Positions 1-14,029 of a stretch of 64,000 bases of DNA are shown here, piece after piece. Location: positions 6,820,001-6,884,000 of the forward strand of contig CP158636.1 in the NCBI GenBank assembly GCA_050273025.1, in the 5' to 3' direction. Numbering within the stretch: position 1 is the stretch's first letter; every line of letters begins with the position of its first letter. Below the pieces are notes generated by a model. It searched no databases, was not told the DNA's origin, and saw only the letters and a program-made list of their open reading frames with translations. The position numbers and the translations under genes are program-made. Origin of the DNA: Cenococcum geophilum (lineage: Eukaryota).

Positions 1-649
1 TAGGCAAGAAAACGAATTTTATAAACGGGAAAACGGATTTTATAAACAAGAAATCAAAAACTAGAATTTATACCTATGTAACCCCTAAGGGAGGTAAACA
101 TTTATTAGCTTAAGAATAAAGGTGCCTATTTACCAAAGTACGTCATTCCGCGATAATTATTTAAGAACCTCTACCCGGCAACCTAGCTTATAATTTATTC
201 TTTAAGCAACCCATTAAGTAGGCACTTAACTCACTAAGTTAACTTTTATTTCCTTAATTATACTTTAAAGTCTATTCCGATTTCCGTTTCCTTAGTTCTA
301 CTTTAAATTTTACTCTAACCTCCATTTCCAGTTCCGCATTTTACCTATAAGAACGGCACTTTTTATATCACCCCACGATAGTATCTTATAATTGGTTAAG
401 ATAGCTACTCTTACTAACAAATTAGTGGCTAAATATAAGAAATATCTAAAATCTGTTAACGACCTAAGTATCCTTAAGCTAGATATAAAAGCAGGCTCTA
501 TAGCACAAAAAGCAATAGAAACCAATAAGGCCGGGCTACAGGGTGCTAATCTAGAGTATTACCCCCAGGGCACTCAGTATAACGAATATTTCGCTGCGGC
601 TATAAGTCAGCTAGGTAATTAGATAAAATCAGAGGAGGCTAAACGGGAG

Positions 650-800
650 GGATCCGGGGGGGAGTCGGAGGAGGAGTCGGAGGAGGAGGGAGAGGGGGGG
701 GAGGAGGGGGAGGAGGGGGAGGAGGAGGGGGAGGGGGAGGGGGAGGGGGAGGGGGAGGGGGAGGGGGAGGAGGAGGAAGAGGAAGAGGAAGAGGAAGAGA
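650..800 (+). repeat. GA-rich low-complexity tract (GAGGGG / GAGGAA units)
   Basis: Directly visible purine-only run. Confidence 0.9.
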
Positions 801-855
801 AAGAACAGGCCAAGCCCAAAAAGAAAGAAAAGGGCAAGGCTAAGGAGAAAAAATA

Positions 856-1071
856 GGCTAAGCCTAAGGGGAAAGAACAGGCTAAGCCTAAGGGGAAAGA
901 ACAGGCTAAGCCTAAGGGGAAAGAACAGGCCAAGCCTAAGGGGAAAGAACAGGCTAAGCCTAAGGGGAAAGAACAGGCCAAGCCTAAGGGGAAAGAACAG
1001 GCTAAGCCTAAGGGGAAAGAACAGGCCAAGCCTAAGGGGAAAGAACAGGCTAAGCCTAAGGGGAAAGAATA
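856..1071 (+). repeat. 24-bp tandem repeat x9 (ggcYaagcctaaggggaaagaaca; AKPKGKEQ)
   Basis: Units start at 856, 880, ... 1048. Confidence 0.95.
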
Positions 1072-2199
1072 GGGTTAAGCTAAGGGAAAAGAAGAGGGCA
1101 AGACTAAGGTTAAAGAGGAGCCTAGTAAGGGTGCTAAAGGGATAAATAGTATTCCCTATAAAAGCATAAAGAATGGTAGAAAGAACGAGCCTATTGACCT
1201 TACGGGTGAAGATGACTTAAAGAAGGACCCTAAGTATAGTTAATTATTGTATTATAGGCCTGGTCCAAAGAAGGTAAAGGGTATACCTATGACGACTATT
1301 AGGTAAATCGGTGGAAGGGGCATTAAGTACATTAATAAATACGGACTAAAAAGTCATCTAAAGTATTAAATTAAGTTATTTGCGGCGGATTCTTAGTATA
1401 AAGAGAATCTGCCAGAGAACTAAAAAGTTAGTAACCCTTTTAATTAATATAAAGACTAATAACTAAATAATAGCAAATATAAATACACGAGGCGTTATAT
1501 TAACGATATTTTCGGAGTTGCTTAGTTTATAGAGGACGCAGTTAATATAGATACCAAGTTAAATCTACTTAATCTAAACATAAAAGGAGATAAAAGGTAC
1601 AGTCCTTACTACATCTTAATTAATTAGGATATTAACGGCAAGTCGGAAAAAAAGTAAGAGACTAAAGCAACTCTATGGTTAAGATAGGAAGCGCATATCA
1701 CCGACTAGGCGCTTTATAATTCTGCTACTATCGCAGAAGCCAGATTCTCTAAGTTTATACTAGGTAAAGAGCTAGAAAAAAGCAGATCTCCTTCTATTAG
1801 ACTTACTGCAAAAATAGCCCGTATATTCTATAATTAGTTACTTAGGGGATTACCCGCTCCAACAGCCCGTTTATTACCTGCTCGCGTAGGCCAGTTATTA
1901 TCCGCTTATATAGGCCGGCAATTACCCGCCGCAGACTAGGCCGTCAACGAAGATTCTACATTTAAGAAATTTAAAGAAGATTACTTTATAATAATAGGAG
2001 TTAGCGATTTCCGTAAACTTAGTCCTTAGAAAAGAGAGGAATGCCTAGTAGCATAGAACATAAATAAGATAAGCTTAGGTTTTTAGGGTTTAGGTTAAGT
2101 AACCGAGTTAATTACACTACGCAGTTATCCATACTTTATTATTACTTTTGTTTAGTTATTACTAATTCTTATTTTCACGTTAAGTTTGTTAATTTTTAT

Positions 2200-3400
2200 A
2201 TAACCTACACATCGTATTAGTTAAGTAATTAATAATCCTTATTTTGTGGCTTTTATATAATCTAAGGTCATATTTATACCTTCATTAAAAACCTTCCTAG
2301 TATCCCAAAAATGAGGAATTAAAGAGGTCTAAATACCTTCCTTTGATTATCTTTATATAAGTCTGTCTCTTAATAACCTAAAAGCCTATTATAATGCCTA
2401 CCTAGAACCCTTATAGCTAAATTACTTACGGCTTCAGAACAAATAGGCAGCATAATAAGCATTTACCGATAAGCGCACCTTAAAATGCGGCTATACCCAT
2501 TTTATACCTTAAGGAGTAATTTTATAGTATAGATGGTGTCCATATAAAGCTAATAGCCTAAAGGCACGCTACTTAATCCTTTACATCTCTTTTTTAATTT
2601 AGCGCTTTAAAGACGAATTATACTTAGAATTTAAGAATGCCTAGAGACTAAGAATGCTTAGAAAATAAGAATACTTAGGAAATGAGAATGCTTGGAAATA
2701 AGAACGCTTAAAAAATGAGAATACTTAGAAATAAAAACGCTTGGAAATTAAGAATGCTAGACTATAAGCAAGGTATTTTATATTTCGTAGCATAAGTAAA
2801 ATTTTCTAAACTTTAGGGGAATATAAAGAAGACGTATAATCCAACACTTCTATTTCCCTTACCCCAGAATTTTCCGTTACTAATGCCATATCTCCACTAT
2901 AACATTTACAGTTTGCCTTATTAGATTGTTAAGACAACCTCTTTTAGAGGACGCGAATTTGTTTATCTTTTAGGGCTAACGCGTTAAGAATAAAAGTTAA
3001 TAAGCGGTTAGACTGGCTATTATTAGTTTATAAAGGTGGAAAGTATAAAGACGTAGAGTACTTAAACTGTGAGCCGCTAAATCTTAGCCCTTAGGTAATC
3101 GTTGTCTATAAGTATACGAGCGTAATCTTAAGTATACTGCTAGAGCGTAGCAGTAATATTATTATACGTAGCACACTATACAGCGTTATCCATAGATAGT
3201 TAAGTTAACTGCTACACAAAGTTTGCGCGTAGCTAAACCTCAGCATTAAGCGCGTCCCGTATTTGGTTATGCGACTAGATTTTAGCTTAAAGGTTATACT
3301 ACTTAGAAGGAGGAAACATCTAGATAGTTGCTGGATTTAATAAGTTGTACTTTAACTAGGATGGCCATACCCATCGGCTTTCGTAGTTGTCTGGCATTAG
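2200..3400 (-). pseudogene. Hypothetical protein relic
   Basis: The minus frame around 2580-2400 reads RIKQRAFRLLALYGHHLY..ITPQG.KWVQPHF.VRLSVNAYYAAYLF after reverting RIP stops. No family recognised. Confidence 0.3.
2640..2760 (+). repeat. Degenerate 16-17-bp tandem repeat (gagaatgcttggaaat-like), ~7 copies
   Basis: aagaatgcttagaaaat / aagaatacttaggaaat / gagaatgcttggaaat / aagaacgcttaaaaaat / gagaatacttagaaat / aaaaacgcttggaaat. Confidence 0.8.
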
Positions 3401-4149
3401 GGGTTTAAAGGATTTTTTTAGAGTTAAGATATTTAAAGGTGCTTTATCTATAATTTTAATTAGGGCAGCCTTTAGACTTAACTCTTAACGCTAATAGGGA
3501 GGCTCAGAAACGTGCTCGTTGGATGACTAGCTTAGGCGAAGTGGTTAAAGATAGGGATGCTTGGGCATACTTTTAGTGGGCATTAAAGGTGCAGAGTTAA
3601 AAATTCGTTAAAAGGCTAATAATAGTAGGGAAGCTTGCTATAAATTAAGGACTCCATCTTAAAGGCACTTCTTTATACCTATTTAAAAGATATTAAGCTT
3701 AGCCTTAAGCGTAAATATTAAAAGTTAAAGTTTAGAAGATAGAACCGTGTTTTAATCTTAATAACTAAGCTCTAATTCGTAAAAACTGAATTTAATTTCC
3801 TAATAACGGTTTCCCGGATTTCAGATTCGCACCGGCCGATTCCCATCTTATAAGGACATTTAAAATACGCTTACCTCTTACTATAGTAGATGCTTCCCCC
3901 CGTAAGCAATTATGCTATTATATATGGATTCTAGTGAACATATAATTGAGAATACGTTTACCAGGCATCCTCAACCGTAGAGGATGCTGGACCTTAAGGA
4001 AAGTGCTCCAATAGCTTTAATAAAAGCCGCCCTTATACAGAAAGCTAAAAGTTATACTAATATAATCCACCAATCTATTATATCTCTTAGCGTACCAATT
4101 CTAAAAGCCTTTTTAAATCAAATAAACACTGCCGCTTCCCCGGAAGTCT

Positions 4150-5090
4150 TAGTCGTGATATTAAATAATACTTCCGGTGTCGAATAGCTGTAAGAGCTTA
4201 TTACCCTAGGCACGCTTATATAGGGTAAAACTAAATAGGTAATATATTAGCGCAAGCATATCCCTAGCATAATTATGTCTAGGAAGCTCAAAAAAGAGCA
4301 TAGGCTAGTGGAGAAGGATATTCTTGGGCAAGTAGCGTATAATAACATTATTAAGATTAAGTAAGCATTCTTAGAAGGCGAATTTCTAAGAATTAGTATT
4401 AAATACTATCAATTTATACTTAAAGAAATAATCCATATTCGTGTTGGACTAAAAGAAGCGCAGTTACAGTTTATTGCGCATTTAGTATGTTTTTTAAGCT
4501 CTTTAACTCATAGTTAAGTACTAAGAGTTAGGTTTTTAACGCACTTAACTACCTTAGGAAGCTGGGAATTTTATATTACCAGGTTAGCCTTATATTAATT
4601 CGTGTATCCGGCTAAAATGTGTAAGTGCTGCTCTATAAGTTTTCTACAAAGAGCTCTATTTGTTATACTAACTTTAATATAGCAAACTTTAAAAAGGCTG
4701 TTAAATATGCTCCTAATATCATCCCAAACACCGACTTAGAAGATTTGGGGTTTGTATTGCTAGCTTGCATAAAAAGGCGCCCCTAACCATAGCTTAAAGA
4801 TATAAACTATATTTAAAAGCAAAGGGATATTAATAAGGTATTCAGCTTATATAATTCTAAACATTAGAGTAGCTACAACTAATTAATAGATTTTTTAGAT
4901 AATCTATTTAATTTAAAGAAGATAGCATTCGCGAAATTCTCTAAGCTAGTAAGGATATTTTATTATTTTCTTACCTTAATTACTAATCCTTACAGCATTA
5001 TTTCATTATATCCACTAAGGGAGATAGGCAGTGTTTAGAGTATTATCTTAAGCTAGTGTTATTTAAGTTGTTTACGTTATAGAACGAAGG
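4150..5090 (+). pseudogene. Degenerate protein kinase-like gene with introns
   Basis: Reverted reading NIIKIKQAFLEGEFLRISIEY..TLEEIIH...LEEAQLQFIA, intron (gtatgt..tag), ALNYLRKLGI.H, and later DLGFVLLAC. This resembles kinase subdomains III-VIa and IX without clear catalytic motifs. Confidence 0.5.
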
Positions 5091-6399
5091 TGGCAATAGA
5101 ATGGGAGGCCAAGTGTGATTTTAGGAATAGTCTTTATCTTTTTAAGTATTTATTTAAAAATCTATTATCCGTTTTCCAATTTTAATATCCGTTTAATAAG
5201 CTATATAAGATTAGAAAAGTAATAAATTAGTCCTTTTAGCCTAAAAAGTAAATTATCTTAGCTTAAAATAGAGCGCTTATTTATTTTAAGTGAAAATAGA
5301 GGTCCTTTAGTGGATTACTCTTAGCAGATATATTATAAACTACCCTTACCCACCACTTTAATATGTGGTATATTATATATACCAACAAACCTTAATATCT
5401 TCTATTGATTTATTAATTTAAGCCTCTAATTATCTTAAGAAATATGTTATCTAATGCCCCAGACCCACGCTATTATAACCCTAGCAAGACTCTAAACATT
5501 AATTATGCATTAAATGACCCTACTCTTTAGTCTCCTTCCTTAATAGAGCTAGCAAATTTCTGTATATCCATTCCACTATTCTAAAACCACTTTAATCGGC
5601 CAAGCAGCAGTTAAGTTAAGGCTTTAGAAGCTATAGTATTGCAGCTAAAAGGGTAATATATTTCCTTAATTATTTAATAGTGTTAAGGCTAAAAAAAAAT
5701 TAGGCAATTAAAGTAAGTTTAAGGTAAGGTAGAAACACTCTATAGGGACATAGAAAATCTAGCAGAGTGGGTTAATAGGGTCTTATAATGGGGAAAGTTA
5801 ATAACTAAAGCACTTAAACCTTTGGTTAAGCAGAAGCCTACTATATAGAGGGGAAAGCTGGAAAGCGGTAGCTTTATAAAGGCCTAAATCCAAAAGACTG
5901 AGTTTAATAAGATAGAAATGTAAACCTAATAGTATTTGGTATAATTTACCATTACTAGTATCTACTCTCTACTTATTACCCTATATCTTGCTGCGGTTAT
6001 AACTAAGTAACTACACAGTTTTTAGCAATCTTGTAAGTGGAAAAGATTACTATTTAACTAGGTTATAAAAACAACAAGGTATAAATCAGATAACTAGAAA
6101 TTGTTACTAAATATAGCTAAATACTAATTAAGGTTGTAGTTATTAAATATGCTAGGCTATACTGCTAACTATATAATTGCTATAGCCAGACATAAAGCCG
6201 GGCTAAGTATGCAGTAAGAACTGGTATAGAAGGGAAGTGAATCTCTAAGAGGTCAAGGTGTGTAGGAAATAATTGCATTAATTAGCAGGAAGAAGAGTTA
6301 GCCAATCTATAGAATTTTATATCTGCTGTATTATTAAGAACTATTAACCTACTAATTAATCTATATACTAGAGTTGGACTACCTCTAAGCCAATCTTTA

Positions 6400-7200
6400 C
6401 CTATCCTTTGACGTTAAATTAAAGGACTACTTACACCACTATACTAGTCTATAGATTTTAGACTATTACTTTCGCACTCTAAAAGCAGTTGGACTATTAT
6501 AGCGTCTCTACGTACTTTAGCTATAGATAATAGCGTTCTGCCTAAGGAGTCCTTTAAGTTAATATTAACACCCCTATACTTAACTAGAAGTTATATTACT
6601 ATATTATGCTTATAATCGACAGCCTATAATAGTAGTGTTTAATCAATACGGTCTCTTACATTAATATAAACATTTTCACATTCTAGAAGTAGTTAAACTA
6701 TATTTTTATGCCCCTTTTCTACAGCTAGTAATAGCGGTATCTAGCCGTTTTCCTACTTATAGTTCATATTAACGCTTTCTAAGAGTAGCTGCACTACTAT
6801 TATTTGCCTAAACCTTATAGCGCATAACAGCTTATGCAAAAAGTCCTCTAGGTTAAGACTGCTAAGTCCACTTCCAATTAATAGCCGTACTACTAATTCG
6901 TGTCCATTCCTCACTACCTATAATAAATCCGTACACCTGTAGTATTGATATTAAGTTACTACTCTAATTTTTGCGGCTTTAAGAGATTTTTAAGCAGTTA
7001 TATCTTGTCCTCATTTCGCAGCCCATGTTAATGCCATGCTATTCTCCCGTTCAATATTATGGCGATAAAGGTAAGGATTTAGAATACTATAGAGGCGGTT
7101 ATTTATCCGGGCGAAAGCATTAATATATCCCTCTACTTATAGGTTCTCGGCTATTAATAATAATATTTTATATAGCAGATTAGGCAGCAATATTCTCTAT
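6400..7200 (-). pseudogene. F-box-like N-terminus plus ankyrin-repeat protein
   Basis: Minus strand: LLPNL..ILLLIAENL...INAFARINNRLYSILNPYLYRHNIERENSMALTWAAK.GQ, then VRNGHELVVRLLIGSG and further ankyrin-like units. Confidence 0.75.
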
Positions 7201-7799
7201 AACTGTTTATTAGCACAGCAAGTAGTCATACTTAAGCGGCGAGAATACTTACTGCTAAAGTGGAAATCTATATAGAAGCTTTAAAGTAATAGTAATTATT
7301 AATGGGTAAAGAGCTCCAGAGACATAAAGCGCGAAGTGGGAATCCTATAAGCTCGCATAGATAATACAAAAATAGCGCGTATAAATCCCTTCCTTATGCC
7401 TACTCCTTATATAGGGCATTGAAACGCCATATTCTTACTTAGAAAGAGGATGCCCGTAGCTACCACTTTCTAGGGAAATTAAACTCTAGAGTTGTGATTC
7501 GGTTTCCTAAGCACAATTAAAATATTAAACCGCGCATTTCATTTTTCCAATCCGCTAAGCTAGATTCTAAATTCCAAAATCTGGTTTTTAGATTTTGTAA
7601 TCAAGATTTTCGGATCTAGCGTTTATACACAATTCGTAACCAAACGCCAAGATTATAATATAATAGGCCCACTTCGGAAATATAAACAGCCGTTAGTTCC
7701 TACTAAATAGCAGAACTTAAGCTAGTGCTAGTCGCATTTCTTTCTGCCCAAGTATAAACGACCTACCCTAGATAAGGATTACCCATATAAGGAGTAAGA

Positions 7800-10700
7800 G
7801 CGTGCTAAGAGTTTATTGTTATACTTTTAGGTTTCTTTCGTTAAAGCCTAATATAACTCCTTCCTTTATTACGCTAATTAGCAGATAAACTAAATCTAAG
7901 CTCCTTAGGCAAATCCTTAGTAAGAAGAACAATCCATCTTTAATAAACTCCCACTATCAGGTCTACCTTTAAAGTGACTTAAAAATATAAAGAGATAACA
8001 GCCCGTTAATATATATTAACTCTAAGATCCATAATTATAGTTTATTAGATTCCGCACCTAGCCTATAAAACGGGTATAAAATAGTGAAATAAATTAAATG
8101 GTTAAAATTAGGCCATCGCTTGGCGAAAGAAATCATAAATTCTCTTTCTACTTACGTCCTTGCTCCTCTTTTAAATATTATATATTACTTTACTTCCAAC
8201 CTAGGCGGACTTTATAGTATATTAAAGTATTTAGCGTACCAAGCTACTAAGCCTCTACCGCATAGCCTCCCTTAATCTACTCTTCCTCATATACTTGTAG
8301 TTCTTAACACTTTATCTACTATATTTAACCCGTCTATTACGGAAGCCAAGCTCCAGACTAATATAAGAATAGTTATAAAAAGTATTAAGGAATATAAATA
8401 AGAAGATAATATTAAAAAAGACTTAGGTGCCTATTTCCATAGCATTTAAGTCCTTAAATTAAATCAGAAATAGAATTACAGCGTTCGTTCCTCCGTATTA
8501 CGCAAACGCCTTCTTTTAGCCTCTATAGAGGCTGTGTAGGCCCGCTAATATAATAGATTTCTCTTTAACATACGCCATGTTAAAGCGCTTTCTATAATTA
8601 TAATAGACAAATTTTACTTAAATAAGTCATCTTTCTATTTTATTTAGTTGTCTTATCCTTAAGGATTTACTATATAAGAATTCTAAAAGCATCTATAAGA
8701 ATTAATCCGTGAAATGCTAAGCCAGGCATAGCTATAGTATTTTATAGTACCTTTAACTGCTTCCGCTTTACTGCTAGCGAGTTACACGCTAGGATCTTAT
8801 TATAAGAGTTATATAATATACCAATCGACTATTTAGCTAATCGGCGTAGATTTCCTCCCGTCGCTTATTTTTAATACGCTTTTTATAGACGCTTATAGAA
8901 ACGTGATTTATAATTATATTATCCATAAAGATATGCAACAAAAATTTATTTTAGCTATTTAGGAGGAAATAAAAGCCTTATTTATAAAAGTGGTATTATA
9001 GCCCGCTACAGAGAGTGCCTTACTTATATATCATTAACGACTTAAGTCCTTTTAGCCATAATTTATACTGTTTAAGAGCTACAAATCTTGCTTTTGCTGT
9101 CTAATAAGGATGCCTAAAAAGGTCTTCGACTACGGCCATGCGGTCTATAATGTGTGCATTAAGACCTTTAGTTAAAAACCGAAGTTAGAAAAGCACACGT
9201 TTATTATTTTTTCTTGCTTACTTTATGGGGTACCCTAGAAAATATCTAGCTTCCAATTTATTCCACCTATGGCTAGCACTCGTGTTCTTTATATAGATGG
9301 AGGCGGTGTTTATGGCGTTATACCTCTTACTTTCCTTAATTACATTAAGCAACAAGTTTAGCATTTTAGTTGCCCACTCTAGGATTATTTCGACTATATC
9401 TATAGAACCTCAGTTGGTACGTATTGGTTGCTAGTTAGACAATTCGTCTCCTAATATACTTTTAAGGCGGCCTAATCAGCATTAATATGTACTTTATGCC
9501 ATGCAATCTCTAAGAGTCTCTCCGTCGATTCAAGGAGCTTACTAGAAAGACTTTTCCACAAGATTAAGAAGGACGCCTTTTCTTAACGAGAAGATTTTAA
9601 AGACTTATTAGCGCTCTTATTAGAGACTATTAGTATAATTTATCTACTATCGAAAGCGCGTTCCAATAGAGTCTAGGCATTTCTCCCAAAATATTTAATC
9701 CACTAAAGAACGACACGAAGGTTGCGGTAACAACAATAACTGCGTAACTAACTATGCCTTATCTAATGTTAAACTATAATAGAGGACAAAGACCTCGGGA
9801 GTGCGGTATATAGGTTAGAGATATTTATTCATCCAATTTTACTAATATTAACTTAAGGGTACCAACTTATTTGGGCTTAGCGACTAGAGTATAACGTATT
9901 AATTAGTAAAACGTAAGTCTCTAAAGCCTACCTTCCCAACTTAAGTTTCCTACTAACTGCGCTAGGAAAGTGCTTCCTGCACATCTACGGCTCCATAGTA
10001 TTTTAAGCCTAAAGTACTTAATAACCTAGGTACTTACCAAGATAGTAGCCTTAGGTGCAATAATCCTTATTTTATCGCTTTTTAGGAATGCCAATTTCTC
10101 TAGCCAGATAAGGGCCAACCGGATTTTATACTCTCTCTAGGGACTGGCACTTCTTCTACTTACGAATATAAAGTAGGAGTACAATCCCCGGTTATAGATT
10201 AATGTATTTCGCGCCTAGTCCAGGCATTTATGGCTAATTTAAATAGAGAAAGAGAATAGAAAAAGTTCTATAATAGCGTGCCGATGAAAGCGCGTAGCTA
10301 ATACTATTGTCTTAATGCATTTTTTAACGGTCCGGAGCCGAACATTAATAATTTATCTTTACTTAAGGATCTTAAACAATTAGTATATAATTCCATTACG
10401 TCTAGCATATAAGCAACTCTGGTAAAGGATTCGATCTATACTTCTATTTTCTACCTCGAGCTTAATAACGTACCTTATTTCGTTAATAGTAACTTCCAGT
10501 ATTAAGGGACTATATTTTGCCGTTTAACTCTTAATTATTAAGGTAGAGAGAACCTTTATTATACCCTTATTGGGACCTCTTCCTTCTTCCTTATCTTTAG
10601 GCGGCCGGTAGCTTGTATAGAGTCTATACTAAAGGGCGTCCCATTATTTAGACGGCGTATACACTTTACTACAGAAAGTATAGACGAGGAGGTATATATA

Positions 10701-10870
10701 TTAATTAGAGGGATCATAAGCAAGCTAAGGGTAATTAGTGGGCTTCCAAAAACACTTTAGTAGTTAGTAATAATTTAAGGTCTAGATGCCCTATTTAGCT
10801 ATATTAATTATTAAGCACCAAAGAGGCCTCTTTTAAGCGTTCCGTTAAAACATAAACGGCAGGAATAGCT
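7800..10870 (+). pseudogene. Patatin-like phospholipase with Cys/His zinc-finger (large fungal PLP type common in Starship cargo)
   Basis: CFCCL.RMPEKVFDCGHAVC.VCI (~9085-9160); RVL.IDGGGV.GVIPL (~9281); DYI.GTSVG nucleophile elbow (~9392-9418); DGGL.CNNP (~10041); GT-AG introns with ctaac/ctaat branch sites. Confidence 0.85.
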
Positions 10871-11519
10871 AGAACAGTATTAAATAGACTAATGCTTACG
10901 ATAACCAGATTTGCATTTACGGAAGTAATTTAACTATAAAGTAAAAAATATATATATTGTTATATTGCTTAATATAGAATTCCATTTAAACTTCTAGTAA
11001 CCCTAACTATTCCTACCTCTCGTTCCTTTAATAAATTTGCCTAAATACTTAAGTTTTAGGTTCCTAAAAATAAGTTTATAGAAAATATAGCTAGGGCAAT
11101 TATTATAGTTTAATTAAAGGATCTATTATGTCCCTTAAAACTAAAGGTTAATTTTTCTAAAGAATAAATTCGTGTTGGCGTAAATCGAAATCTAGATTCT
11201 AAAGTCGTTTTTCCGGAAAACGAATTCGGAATCTAGTTTAGCGTATACTGGATCGGAAAAATCAAAATCTAGACTCCATAAAACTACACCTTAAATATAG
11301 GAGAATTAACATACTATTGGAGGCAGTGCTTAGGATTCCGCATAAATGCTCTAGCGTTAACCTTCTTGTGCAACCATAGCCCTCTTAAACTTTCTTCGTT
11401 TTCTACCTCTAAGATTTTTTGCTGCATCTACCTCTGCTTACACCCCTCCTTATAGGGTCAATTAAGTTAAGTTAACCCTCTTACCAGGTCAATAGCCCGG
11501 TAACAATCGCTTCTATAGC

Positions 11520-12330
11520 TATAGTAGCCCTTTATCTAGTTAACCTTCCTTTAGAACTCCTCTTTATAGTTACAAATTATCTTAATTTAGCGAGTCTAAG
11601 CTTACTTAGTTGGTCGGCGAATTATCTATATACAGCTCTAATAAGCAAGCTTTATCTTATCGCTCTTACGTATACCTATAAGCTCTCCAGCTGTCTAATA
11701 ACTAAACTTAGTAATATTACACTCTACTACAAAGAAAGAAAAAGGGGGTTAGTTTTGGAATAGGCCGCTATTTACAACCGCACATTTACTTTTAAATCCT
11801 TACTAAAAAAATAAAAGGTTAATATCTACCTAAGAGATCCTTATAGAAATACATTATTACACCTCCTGGCGGGGTAAGGAAAAACCATTTTAATAAGGCT
11901 ACTGCTTAAGGCGGGAGCAGATATCTCGGAGCGCAACATTTCCGGCTTTACGCCATTATATTTTACTACCGGACGGGGATTTACAGATACTATTTAACTT
12001 CTTATTAATAAGGGCGCGGATATCTCCGCTAATTAGATTAGGGATCTAGGGAGGGACTTTTAGGATATAAGCCTATTCAATTAAGGCGCTAATACACTAC
12101 TATACTATGCGGCTAACAACGGACATATAGATGTACTTCGGCTGCTTATTAAGGCAGGTGCTAATATTAACACACTAAGCCAGCATGGGCGCATAGCGGC
12201 AAGTAGTGTAAGCGTTATCTTAAGTATAGCTAATGTTCTTAAATTCCTTATAGAGCTTAGGGCTTATACTCCTCCTATAGTAAGGGTTTTAGCTTATATA
12301 CGCCGTTTAAAAAAGAATTAAATTAATTAA
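11520..12330 (+). pseudogene. Ankyrin-repeat protein
   Basis: TLLHLLAG.GKTILIRLLLKAGADIS..NISGFTPL.F.TGRGFTDTI.LLI.KGADISA...TLL.YAANNGHIDVLRLLIKAGANIN. Confidence 0.85.
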
Positions 12331-12949
12331 GTAGTGTTACCGTAACTTGAAATAAATCTTCAGTCCATAATATTTAAAGGCTATTTTTATACGTGGCGTG
12401 AATATATATCAGGTAGAGCTTAAAAGGCTATCTAAAACAGTTTCGCTAACATATAGTTTTCACATAAGTAATTAACTAAAAGGCAGCGTCAGCTAATAGT
12501 TAGGATGTGGAAGAAAATCTTAGTATAGTCCTTAGCGTAGTAGCCGTTTTACTAAAATAGGAGGGCGAATCCGTTAATTAGGCAATATAAAGTCACATTT
12601 ATTTCGGTTTTTTTAAGAATAAGGCATATCTAATAAGAGTCACCCTACACTCTTTCCGTGGAATTCACTATTAGCAAAAACCCTAACTATTTATTAGTAG
12701 AACATGCTTAAAGAGATACATAGGTAAGTCTACAAAGGCATCTCTTAATAGTTCTATTAAAGTATCCTATATAGATATAAAAACATCTAATAGTGTAATT
12801 CTATAACTAAAAACACTTTAACTAAAGTATAAAAGTAATAAAATGCTCGCAGACCGTTACTAATATTACTTAAAGCTAACTATTATTGCATTAGTAAAGT
12901 ATAAAAGGTTTACGCGTATTACCTACTTACCGTTAATATCCCTAAAAGA

Positions 12950-13374
12950 CTTAACCTTAACCCTTATGCTTAGGAAGATAGGAGCGCTTATCTTTATCCT
13001 TAAATATAAGGTCTAGGCAGTCCTCCTTATTTAGGGGCGTTAGAGGACTATCTTCCAGATTATCGTCGTAAGCAGGCGGGTGTCCCCCATTCAACGGCCG
13101 ATGGTCATGAGTGTTATAGCCCCCGCGGAGCCAGTAACGGAAGTTACGGGCTAGCTTTTACGCTCGACTAAGAAGGTTACGTCTTAGACGGTCCTATAGA
13201 AGATAGATTGTCTTTAAAAGAGTGCTTTGTCCTATATAATAGAAAGGTCCTAAAGAATATCCGCGGATATAGACGATAATATATATATTCTCTTAGTCTT
13301 TTAAGCTATAAAATAATAAATATATAAACAAGAAGAGCAATAGTAATAGCTTTAATAAGGAGTTTAAAGAGCAT
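12950..13374 (-). pseudogene. Small protein with N-terminal hydrophobic segment (signal peptide or TM helix)
   Basis: ATG at 13374: MLFKLLIKAITIALLVYIFIIFIA..., later NFRYWLRGGYNTHDHRPLNGGHPPAYDD. Stops are RIP-type. RIP itself inflates hydrophobic codons, which lowers confidence. Confidence 0.35.
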
Positions 13375-14029
13375 AGCAAATTGTTCGGTAGAAGAAATTA
13401 CTTAGATATTATCCCATCCTATTTTATATATTATTGCGGGTATCTAGCTTAATAGGGGCCTTTCTTTCACTCACTCCCCTAGCTAGCACCATTAAAGTTA
13501 AGGTTATATCTCCAAAATTAGTTTTCTATTTCCTAATTTATGATTCTACAATTTATAAATCTAGATCCTATTTCCCAAATTACGGTTTTAGGATTCGCGA
13601 AATTAGAAGAGGGATTAGGAAAATAGTTTCTTTATCCTACTCGCCAAAAGGCTACCTAACTTTTAAACTAATATAAGAGCCCTTTACGGGGTAGACCAGC
13701 TAGTGCGGAGATACTAATATACAATAACGTCTCTGTAGGGGAGGGGATGTTATTCACACCTTATAAAGGCTAATTATAATTATAATTATAACTACACCAC
13801 GGTTAAAATGAGACACATTATTATAATAAGGCGGTTAGGTTGTCTACTTTCCCGAGTTTATTTAGCCTAGGCGACTCGCCCTACCCTATTTTATATACGT
13901 TTTACCAAATATTACTACCTACGCCTTAGCCGCCAGCTATAAGCCCCTACCCAAATCTTAGCAAAACTTTACTTATACAGTAGAAGAGTATAAGATAATA
14001 AAATGTTATTCTATCTACTCTGCTAGCAC

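Larger units (their letters stand above)
395..2070 (+). pseudogene. Hypothetical protein with E/G-rich tract and KPKGKEQA repeats (RIP pseudogene)
   Basis: The + frame reads ...EEEEEKEQAKPKKKEKGKAKEKK*AKPKGKEQA(n)... and then globular-looking sequence (DDIFGVAWF...KKWETEATL after reversion). Stops sit at RIP-type TAG/TAA codons. Confidence 0.5.

Noticed and set aside
619..1029. Minus-strand ORF MACSFPLGL...
   Set aside because: It is the antisense shadow of the 24-bp repeat and GA tract. The + frame is the plausible one.
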